This document shows, piece by piece, positions 1 through 8,946 of a stretch of 31,210 nucleotides of DNA. A program made the translations under genes and the position numbers. The notes beneath the pieces are model-generated. The model was not told where the DNA came from. It saw only the letters and a program-made list of their open reading frames with translations, and did not search any database. Each line of letters starts with the position of its first letter. The first letter of the stretch is position 1. This stretch comes from Paraspadella gotoi (lineage: Eukaryota; Animalia; Chaetognatha), in contig CM119270.1 in the NCBI GenBank assembly GCA_051294375.1, positions 10,695,332-10,726,541 of the forward strand, in the 5' to 3' direction.

Positions 1-30
1 ACTTGTAAAACAAGTCGAAACATGTCTGTT
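1..30 (+). ncRNA. 3' part of a minimal type-I hammerhead ribozyme (PLE pLTR type), cut by the window edge
   Basis: ACTTG-TAAAA-CAAGT(C) stem II (1-16), GAAA (17-20), palindromic ACATGT stem III and predicted GUC cleavage triplet (24-26), then TGTT as the stem I 3' strand. Downstream A-rich stretch plus TTCGTTG resembles 8010-8024. The CUGANGA box would lie just upstream of base 1 and is not visible. Confidence 0.7.
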
Positions 31-402
31 CAACTATAAAAAAATTTCGTTGCAAACAAAAACTTTGTCAATTCTCGAATTTTAAACTGTATTTTACAGT
101 ATCATTCTAACCGAATCATATTTTGCGTGTATTTTTCCAGCATAACTGTCCGGAAGGGATGGCTTGTTAGTACAAATGGTCAGACAAAGTAAATTCAATG
201 ACCAATTTCTTTTTTCGGGCAAATGAATTTTATTTTTATTTTCTTTTCGTGATACTCTACTTGGTGCTCACTCAAAAATCACTTTACGTGGCTTCCTTCC
301 CTCCTACTCACAAAATTAAAGAAGCATCACGCGTCGAAAGGCTTTTCAAAATATTTTTCACAATTCCCAACACATTCATTCATTCAGCCTTTTCTGACTT
401 CC

Positions 403-625
403 CTCTAAACTCCGCACCTTTCTCCCTCTCTCCCTCCTTGGAAACGGAGGTGGTAGAAACGGGATTACGAGACGGAAGGCTCCTCCCCCTTCTCGCCAAG
501 ATTTATTCGAGCCACCCAGTCCCAGCCACCCATCGCTCCACCCAATCGACACCCTCCTTCATCTTCTAACTCCCCCCTACCCCCCTGGAAACGAAGGTTG
601 AGGCAGGATTACGAGCGGGAACTCT
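403..625 (+). repeat. Diverged ~150-bp tandem duplication
   Basis: TGGAAACGGAGGTGG..GGATTACGAG (439-471) versus TGGAAACGAAGGTTG..GGATTACGAG (586-615); each is preceded by TCTAA(A)CTCC and a C-rich tract. Confidence 0.6.
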
Positions 626-977
626 TGAGCCGATTAATCATGCAGCCTTGGCGTCGGTCGCAGGGCCGGACGAAGCCCCGTTTAGGTGGTTGTCGAGGTT
701 AGGTGGGACGAAGATGGTTTTAGGGGGAAGAGGGGGACTCTTGATTAAGGCGTCGTGAAAGTTGCAGATCAAAATTCATGAACAGTCTTTTCTACCAAAG
801 AACATTGATATATATTTTTTCACTTTTTTTTCAATTTTCGCATACGCCCATATTTATACCAAAAAAAATTAAAAAATTGTTTTCCCATTTTTGAAAGCAG
901 ATTCGTGGGTACAATCCTAATGGAACCAGTTAACCTATAATTTAATTTTTGTATACAAATATATTTTTTTTAACATC

Positions 978-1246
978 CTAGGAGTATCAAGCCACCAGAA
1001 TCAAATTCGGATCAGATGCTTGGGCGATCTCCGCGGAAATGGAATCGCCGTATCCTGATTGGTCAAGCATGGAACCAAAATGGACCAATCGCTTGCGGAA
1101 TCATTGGAACTGTAAATTTTACCCACGTCACGATCCTCTTCCTTAGTTATAAATAGACTTAGCTTGCTCTAGTGTCAGTAGCATTGATCAAGACTTCTGC
1201 GTGTGTCTCACCGTCTCAGAATAAAACTTCATCTTGACCTTAAATG
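978..1246 (+). mobile_element. LTR-like unit of an LTR retrotransposon (5' boundary uncertain)
   Basis: ATTGG 1058-1062, CCAAT 1085-1089, TATAAATA 1148-1155, initiator-like TCAGT 1175-1179, AATAAA 1220-1225, immediately followed by a tRNA-Leu PBS at 1247. Canonical TG..CA ends are not clearly preserved and no second LTR is in the window. Confidence 0.65.
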
Positions 1247-1289
1247 TGGTGGCAGCGGTGATATTCGAACCCACGCCTCCGAAGAGACT
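1247..1289 (-). pseudogene. 3' half of mature tRNA-Leu including CCA (PBS plus extension); not a functional tRNA gene
   Basis: The minus strand reads AGTCTCTTCGGAGGCGTGGGTTCGAATatCACCGCTGCCA-CCA. This matches the variable arm, T arm and acceptor of metazoan tRNA-Leu(AAG/TAG) as I recall the sequence, with 2 mismatches in 43 nt. No D arm or 5' acceptor strand is present. Confidence 0.85.
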
Positions 1290-1317
1290 AAGAGCAAACT
1301 TAAGGATTAGGATTAAG

Positions 1318-1508
1318 ATTGTACCCACGTAGGATTGCGCCCAGAAAATTGTGCCCATAGTATTGCGCCCACATATAATTGAACCCGTAGTATTGCGCCC
1401 ATATATATTGCGCCCAATTAAGATTGGGCCCTCATAATATTCCGCCCACATAGTATTCCGCACAGTAGGATTCCGCCCACTCCGGATTGCGCCCTTAGAA
1501 TTGCGCCC
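1318..1508 (+). repeat. Array of 13 ATTGCGCCC-like motifs at 14-16 bp period, probably a subterminal array of a non-autonomous DNA transposon
   Basis: Motif starts at 1318, 1334, 1348, 1362, 1378, 1392, 1407, 1423, 1439, 1455, 1470, 1486 and 1500; preceded by TTAAGGATTAGGATTAAG. Confidence 0.8.
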
Positions 1509-2602
1509 AACCACTATGCTGGTTTGATAGAAACGGTAGTTGGGACAAAGGAGAGATATGAAGAAATTCAAAGATATGGAGAGGGCGGAACCATTCGAAC
1601 TATCAATAATAGACACGGATGAGCACAATTTTGGGTCCCTTATCCGACAATTTAAAAAAAAGTACATTATTAAACAAATTATCTACTTTTTCCTTTAACA
1701 ATTTTCTTTTAAATAGTATAAAAAGTTTCAGAAGTGACCGAATATATACTAGACAGACGGACGGTGTTTGGAGAGAGAAGCAGTTTGTTGAAAAATTTAA
1801 ATAGTTAAAATAGTGAACAAAAAGAAAATTCATAATTGGGTTTGAATTTGTAAAGGGTTTCGATTAATTGAAAGAGTTTCTTCATACCAAAAAAATGATT
1901 GTGAATTCCTGTATGGAGCTTAGTAAGTTTGTATATGTATAACTTTGTACATAGAATACACATTAAAAATTCCAAATTTCGATGACCATCGCGGGACGAT
2001 GGTTTCTATCCTCCGCCCACATAATTGAGCTCCGCTTTTCCTTCCCATTAACGGTGATCCGGTAACTTTGCTTTTTCAAGGATAAGTGGATATTTTATAC
2101 TGCGCTCGGTCTAAAGCGGAAACGAGGTCGAACGTGAAGGGAAACCAATGAGACGGACGACCATTTTCCCGCCTTATTGAACCTTTAAAGAGGTTCCTTC
2201 ATGGAGTTGGGGTTGCTTGTTGCGACTGCTTTGGGACAATATTTGGTCAGTGTCTGATTTTGTTGACCGATTCCGGACTTCAAAACTTATTTCTAAACTA
2301 CCGAAAATGGAGGTAAAGGTTTGCAGATGTACGTGGGTAAAACTTTTCAAAAATTAGAATCATTTTTTAATTTCTTTTTCTGAGAGATTTTAACCCAAAT
2401 GTGGTCCTGTTAGCATAAGCTGGGCTGGACTGTCAGTCTGGCATTGAAGTATTCCTAATGCTCGACGAGAATGACGGAGAAGTTGATGAAACGACGGCGT
2501 GTTGGATGGAGCAGCGTTTCGGCGTCGACTTTTGAGGTCGTTCATTTTCGGCGTTGGCGTCAGCGACGTTGTCGGGCGTCTTTGTTAAGAGGCGCCAGTC
2601 TA

Positions 2603-2617
2603 GTGACGTCACGTGAC
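2603..2617. promoter_or_regulatory. Overlapping CRE and E-box/CLEAR palindromes
   Basis: GTGACGTCAC (2603-2612) overlaps GTCACGTGAC (2608-2617) within a CpG-rich patch. Motif match only. Confidence 0.3.
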
Positions 2618-2973
2618 CCAAATTATTTCCGCCGTCACTCGTCCAAAATCTTGCGACACCCGGAAAAAAGGAGTTAATGTATTAAAATAATTGAATAAGT
2701 AATAAAAAATAGTAGCAATGAATGAGTGGTTGTATGGTATTTTGCAATGTGATAGGTGAAAGGTCTAGGGGGCAACTATCTGCTGGAAATTAATGAGCAG
2801 TGGCAGAGTAGAAGGTACAGAATATATCAATAACAGAATATATATCAAGAAATGGATACAGAAAAGCGGCCTGCAGTAGAGGCCGTTTGGAATTTTATGA
2901 AAAGTCATGATGTTGAAGTTGAGACTCTGGCGCCTTTTGATCCCATGGTGATGGAAGAATAACTTGTTTATAA

Positions 2974-3075
2974 CGTCGTCGTCGTCGTCGTCGTCGTTTG
3001 CCTTCCGACGCTCGCAAACTTTTTTTTTCGCCCTCGCCCAGTGTCGTCGTTATCGTCGTTATCGTCGTCGTCGTC
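2974..3075 (+). repeat. (GTC)n trinucleotide repeats
   Basis: (CGT)8 at 2974-2997 and an interrupted run at about 3043-3075. Confidence 0.85.
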
Positions 3076-3469
3076 TTCTCGCTGGCGCCTTCTACGACCG
3101 GAATTATCGAAGCGTCGAAGAAAAAATTAAACAAAAAAAATCGAAGAAACGGGGAAAATAAGGGATAAAATAAAATTTAAAAAAGGTTTAAAGACTGTAT
3201 ATGTTAAATAATTAACATGATTATTTTCGATTTTTTTTTTATAAATCAAGATCGATATTTCTTTTATTCATTTAACATTCTCTCTCTTTGCTTTTATTTT
3301 ATGTTTTCAACATTTGATCACCGTACATGTAAGAAAAAGCTATCTATGACTGGTATCAGGTCGATACTTCGAATTCGGATGTTAAAAAAGAGAAAGACCT
3401 AAAACTGCTAAAAAATGTAAAAAATTGAATGCTGAATGCTCATACATTTCATATCGATCTGGAAAGATT

Positions 3470-3501
<32 letters not shown>

Positions 3502-3992
3502 CCTGAAATCAAAAGGAAAAGCCGACAGCAAGACGTCCGTTTCTCCAAACAAAGATTTTCTCAAGCGATCCGTGAACAATGAACAAACAGCATTTACCAT
3601 TCTGCACTTTTTCCCCATCTCATTACTTGTCTAAATAAAATGTAAATAGTTTTATTTCGCTCTCACAATAGTTACAATGTTGCTTCACTTGTTGTCATGA
3701 CCAATGAGCTATGACCAGTTTTTTGACCACTAGGGTGAAGTGAAAGTTTGGAATCCAAATTTACAAGTTATATTTTGAAAACTATCATATTAGTGAATAC
3801 TAATAAGTAGTTAATTTTCTTTTTTTATGTATATTGTAGCCCAGTCAGCTTATTTTGTATGTAGTACTACCCTTAAACAATGTAGATTCAGATTCAGATT
3901 CCTCATAAAAAAGTTGATAAAAGAAAATATAAATCTTTTTTGAGGCAATAACGATTTTATTTTTTTAATAAAAACAAACATCCTCTTAAACC

Positions 3993-4355
3993 AAAGCGCT
4001 GATAAAAAACTTTCACACGTCTGCCAGTCACTTTCAAGATGGAGAAACCACTTCTATTTTTCTCTCTCGTGCCGCACTAATTCCAGACGCCATCCGACTC
4101 CCTAACAACCTGACTAAGGAGAAGGACCTACGCATCATAGAAAGAGCCAAGCAAAGCCTCCTCTCGAACTTCGTTGACACCTGCCATGCCAAACTCGCGT
4201 GGCTCAGGTCCGAACGTCGGCGTCTCCGAGAGACGCTGGCCCGCCTTCTCTCCCCTGAACATTATGAGGAGTGGCTACAGGCTACGGCGCATCAACAACC
4301 GGTCACTGTTGCCCACTAATGTATAAAATTAAAAAAGAAATTTACCAAAGTATTT
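3993..4355 (+). mobile_element. Degenerate N-terminal ORF fragment of a Penelope-like retroelement
   Basis: Manual translation: KALIKNFHTSAS / LSRWRNHFYFSLSCR (4031-4075) / LIPDAIRLPNNLTKEKDLRIIERAKQSLLSNFVDTCHAKLAWLRSERRRLRETLARLLSPEHYEEWLQ...H*CIKLKKKFTKV, with two frameshifts and one stop. The NHxxFxxxC..LIP..II.RA..LL and KLxKKF pattern resembles the region upstream of RT in PLE ORFs (recognised by eye). Confidence 0.65.
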
Positions 4356-4366
4356 TGATTGGTTTT

Positions 4367-4420
4367 GTGGGGACGAAGGTTTCGTCACCACGGGGTCAAC
4401 CCGAAGTTGGCCACTATGTT
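4367..4420. other. Twin GC-rich hairpins, possibly a Helitron/Helentron-type terminus
   Basis: GTGGgGACGAA-GGT-TTCGTCaCCAC followed by GGTCAAC-CCGAA-GTTGGCC, preceded by a T-rich flank. Confidence 0.35.
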
Positions 4421-4449
4421 TAGCCATTGCGAGGGAAGCAGGTTACTGA

Positions 4450-4465
4450 CTCTCTCCTTCTCTCT

Positions 4466-4529
<64 letters not shown>

Positions 4530-4537
4530 CTCTCTCC
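4450..4537 (+). repeat. (CT)n microsatellite
   Basis: Directly visible, interrupted. Confidence 0.95.
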
Positions 4538-4951
4538 TACTTGATCAGTGCCTCCGCTCTCTCTGTTTAGTCTCATCTCATATCATGTACCTTGAATGTC
4601 TATCTGTTCCTATTATTTAACCTGCCAATAAATATGTAATATATGCCTCTACAGTTTTTATTTTAATGTTCTATATAATAAATTTTAATTTTATAAAATT
4701 GTATTATTTTCACATCACTCTAATGACCACCGTTGTTTTCACATCATAAGGACACCTTTTCCCATTTTTCCCCTTTCTCGCCCTTTTCCATTCCCTAAAC
4801 CTCCGTGAAAGGCAGAGGTCAAAGTTAGAAGCCTCCAGAATGTGGAGACCCCGACTCGACCCGGGGTCGCAACCTGGCCCGACGACCACGTGAGAGGGGC
4901 GAGACCGGCGCCGACACAACTTTGGCGCCTTTCTACGTGACGTTGGCACGC

Positions 4952-5034
4952 GGTCCGCGTCGGAGCGACCAGGTGCGAGCAGGTCCAGGTCCAGGTCCAG
5001 GTCCAGGTCCGCGTCGGAGCGACCAGATTCGAGC
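4952..5034 (+). repeat. (AGGTCC)5 hexamer run between 21-bp perfect direct repeats
   Basis: GGTCCGCGTCGGAGCGACCAG at 4952-4972 and 5006-5026, each followed by 3 nt and CGAGC. Confidence 0.9.
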
Positions 5035-5117
5035 TACTAACTAAAATCCAACGGACTACAGATTCATGATTTTTACTTTGTCGGTCCGTCAATTTTGTCG
5101 GGCACTCATTTATATCA

Positions 5118-5722
5118 TGTCAGAACATCGAATTATGATAAATTATGCAAAAAAATAATATCCGTCCAACTGTCCGTCCGTTCGTCCGCAAAAAATTCCA
5201 ATTTTGTGTGTGGGGGTAGGAAAGTGTATGATTAAGCTGGAAATCAAGTTTCGATGGAATCGTCTGAGTGAAAATGAGTTTAAATGGAAAAAAACAAAAA
5301 AACTGTTTCACAAATTTATTATGCTTCGTTTTTTATATTAAATGTAAATGCAAGATGTATTAATTAATCAAATAATTAATCAGTTAATTAATCAATTACT
5401 CAATTAGGTAATCAATAATTAATTAATCAGTCAATTAATCATTTAATTTATTATTCAATAAATCAATTAATTAATCAATAAATAAAGCAATTTATTTATC
5501 AATCAACTAATTAATTAAGTATTTAATCAATCAATCAATCAATCGATCAATTAATCAAGTCAATCGTTATCGGCATTGTTGTCGTCGTCGCTATCATCAT
5601 CGTCGTTGATTTTGTCGTGGTCAGTGACTAAAATACCTCAAAACAAACATTGAAATTCACTTTAATTAATTCAAAATTAATTAATTACCCCTAATGATCG
5701 TGGGCATTGTTTGTTCAAACTT
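5118..5722. mobile_element. Dispersed repeat copy A, probable Helentron/DINE-1-like non-autonomous element
   Basis: Shares with 24665-26068: TGTC(A/G)GAA..TCGAA(A)TTATGA..TTATGCAAAA, a (GTCY)n tract, GAATCGTC.GAGTGAAA(A)TGAG.TTAAATGGAAAA (5257 vs 24848), an AT-rich middle and the terminal CTAA..ATCGT(G/A)GGCA..TTGTTTGTTCAAACTT block. Confidence 0.6.
5360..5562 (+). repeat. (AATC/AATT)n degenerate tetranucleotide repeat
   Basis: Repeated TAATCAAT/AATTAATC units. Confidence 0.85.
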
Positions 5723-5819
5723 TTTAAATTTCAATCCACTTTTTATAAATACGTTATTCCGTAATGTGTTAACATACGAATGAAGGGGAATTTTATGCAA
5801 AATTGAAGAAACATTTAGA

Positions 5820-6132
5820 GTCCGCTCAGACTGGTCCCGCCCCCTAACAAACTCTTTAGTAAATTGGCGTCGCCCAGAACACTCGTCAAATGACCGACGA
5901 CGCCTTCTCTTTTGACTTCTCCACTGACGCCGCCATTCGGCTTAAACGGCGCTGATTGGACAGAAGAAAAGGGGCGTTACCGCCAAATAGGCGCTCATTG
6001 GTTCCTTCACCGACGCTTTGCCCCGCACTTCGACGGCGTCTATTTCATTCGGACTCCATCGCAAATTCCTTAATCTCATTTGCATACGTGAGTCGTAGAG
6101 CAACGAAACGGCCGCGTGGTTACTAGCGGTAC
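5820..6132. promoter_or_regulatory. CpG-rich promoter/enhancer-like island
   Basis: GC box CCGCCC near 5837, three ATTGG boxes (about 5863, 5955, 5997) and octamer ATTTGCAT (6078-6085). Motif match only. Confidence 0.3.
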
Positions 6133-6503
6133 GAGAGAGAGAGAGTGTGAGAGTGAGTGAAAGAGAAATAGCGCGTGAGAGACAGAAAAATGATAAAAAT
6201 GGGAGGAGAAAGATCGAGAGAGAAAGAGCGAAAGAGCTCGCTGAGAGACACGGAGCAAAAGCAATCTTTCCAGACAGAAGAAAAAGATAATAAACCAGAA
6301 ACCTCCTTTGTTGGTCTCCTCGTGGTCAAAGCCGATGATATGCAATCTTCTCGCGTCTCTCCATCTTCTTTTTTTCTTTTTCTCTCACTTTTTTCTTCTT
6401 TTTTTTTCCTCCTTTCGGGTTTCCCCATTTTTCCGACTCGACGATTTTCCAATAATGTTTAAACCACAAGAAAAAAATAGTTTTCGCCTCGTTTTTCGTT
6501 GTC

Positions 6504-6609
<106 letters not shown>

Positions 6610-7859
6610 TTGAAAGTCATCATCTTTTCAATAATTTCAAAAATTCATACAAATTTTAAAATTTAAAAAAAAAAATAGTTTTAAAAATGTTTTTAAAAAA
6701 CCTATTGAAAACTAGAAGAGCTCTATTAAGACGCCACTTGAAATAAAAACAAGCCGCATTTAATTTTGATTCGACTGCGATGAAAAGACTTCGCGCTCTT
6801 GTTTCGCTAAGTAGCAGCGGGGGCCTAATTTTTCTTCTCAGCGAGAAAAAAAAACATGAGAGTCAAAAAAGGTCCATAGATTGACCTTGAGAAACGAGCC
6901 AAGGCTCAAAATAATTCAAAGGATGAAGATTACACTTTAAGACAAAACAAATTGTCAGATATTTCGGGAAACATTATTTCTTTTTCTTTTCAATCTTTAT
7001 AGATCTTAAATAAATCGACGAAATCTATCCTGAAACACCACTTAACAAAACTCACCGCTCTCAAACTACAAGCAAATGATTGACCCTGAGAGCCCAACGG
7101 ATTTGACTCTATCGACCTCGAGAAGAAAACAGAGCCTCGGCATCTCCGTATCGCTCTCCAGGGCATCGGAGCATCACCTTGTGCGTCTCATGGTTCTCCG
7201 GAGCGTCGTTGCGATTTCGAGAAGCAAATTCTAATTTTTTTGGAGACAAAGTGAAGAGAAAATGAGTTTTAAAAAGAAACAAAGGAGATAAGAAAAAAGG
7301 TTGCTTGGAAAATTAATCTCGTCACTAAATCTAGTCAGTAAATTATTACCTGCAGAAATTATTTTATTTTTAGATACGTATAAAAAATTGATTTTTCAAG
7401 AGATTTGTAAACAAATTTTAATATTACAAATAAGTAAACGTGATCAGAGCTGAAAAAAAAATTTAAAAACGGGTCAAGGCGATTAAAAACGGCGATTTAA
7501 AACAAGCGCGCGAGATTAGAGCGCCGATTAAAAACGGGCGAGAACCGCGATGGCGCCGTTTTGCTAAATTCGGCGTCTGGAGATGATCCATTCGGGACTC
7601 GTTTTCGAAATGGCCGTCGTTTGACGAATCGCCTCGTCAAGTGCAGCTGCGAGCGGTTGCAGCGGCAGATCGGCGACGTTTGCTGAGATGAAAGAAGGGG
7701 GTTGATTTAATCCGCGGCAACCATTTGCAATGTTGGTAGAGCGTGAGAGACACGGAGTAGTGGATGAGACAATTTCGCCTTCTTACCTTGTACTGGCTTT
7801 TCTAAGATATTTACAAGGAATAATTAAACAATTACCCATGATATATTTTATTTATTAAT

Positions 7860-8062
7860 TTAAACTTCTAATACTTTGTTAATTTTCGTTAGTTTTCGTT
7901 GGTAAAATTTAAAAAAGAAAAATTATTTATTTTCACAACTTGTAATTCACAAATTCGTTTTTGCACTGATGAAGAATGGAATACCATTTAAAACATGTCT
8001 GCATTTAAATAATAAAATTCGTTGTGAAAATAAATTCTTTTTTTTCCTTAAACTTCTAATAC
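7860..8062 (+). mobile_element. 173-bp hammerhead-bearing insert flanked by 15-bp direct repeats (putative TSD)
   Basis: TTAAACTTCTAATAC at 7860-7874 and 8048-8062; internal perfect inverted repeat ATTTATTTTCACAAC (7925-7939) / GTTGTGAAAATAAAT (8021-8035). Confidence 0.7.
7962..8003 (+). ncRNA. Minimal type-I hammerhead ribozyme with a mutated core (probably inactive)
   Basis: TGCA-CTGATGA-A-GAATGG-AATA-CCATTT-AAAA-CATGTC-TGCA. Stems I, II and the palindromic stem III are present; the invariant G of GAAA reads A (7990). Confidence 0.75.
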
Positions 8063-8430
8063 AAATTAAATAATTAATTACAAAATTCTTGGAACGTTTA
8101 AAAAACAATTATAATTAAAAAGCTATCAGTGATTGAGCTCGATTTACCAAAATATTTTAGTTGTAAAATATTTTTTTTCATATTTAACTGCTTCGTCATA
8201 ATCGACATTCATTAGATAAAAGACCTCTCTCAAATAGAAGAAAAAAATGCTCAAAAAAATAAGAAGTAACATTACGTTACTTGAAATTTTCACTAAAATG
8301 AGGGGCCTTTACATTCCCTTCTCATGATGTGCGCATAAATTTCTCGGCATCATTTCTTTAGTAGTAGTAATTTCTTTCTTTTGAAAAAAAAATTCGTCGC
8401 TCGTTGGCAAAGATGAATAGAGAGGAAAGA

Positions 8431-8436
<6 letters not shown>

Positions 8437-8517
<81 letters not shown>
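8437..8517 (+). repeat. (AG)n microsatellite
   Basis: Perfect run. Confidence 0.97.
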
Positions 8518-8522
<5 letters not shown>

Positions 8523-8835
8523 TGCTAAATTATATTCCATGAAATTAGTGAAAGGAGGTTCACTCGCTCGTGGATGAGGAATTGCTCTCCCCGAAATAGT
8601 AGCGTTTCTATGACTCCCGTTACACCTTTCTGATATTAAAGGGATGAAGAATCAAAAGAGCCTACTGAATCACTTGCTGTTAAGTGAAATACAATATTAC
8701 AATTAATAAAAAAAATTGAATACTTGAGAAAGAAAAATAAAAGAAGAAAAAAGAATTTATGTATGTCACAGAGAGTGACAGTGAAACAGAGAGAAAAGGG
8801 AACAAGAAAAAAAGAGATAGAGAGATAGAAAGAGC

Positions 8836-8946
<111 letters not shown>

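Noticed and set aside
1247-1310. Functional tRNA-Leu gene
   Set aside because: Only the 3' half is present, the T stem is disrupted and CCA is encoded, which points to an RNA-derived copy.
1318-1508. CRISPR-like repeat/spacer array
   Set aside because: Repeats are 9 nt with 5-7-nt linkers, the context is eukaryotic and there are no cas genes.
1188-1667. 159-aa minus-strand ORF with GRN repeats
   Set aside because: It reads across the ATTGCGCCC array, the tRNA fragment and the LTR; a chance open frame.
1530-2535. Short protein-looking frames (VVGTKERYEEIQRYGEGG; SGIEVFLMLDENDGEV)
   Set aside because: About 40 codons or fewer, no consistent splice structure and no family I can recognise.
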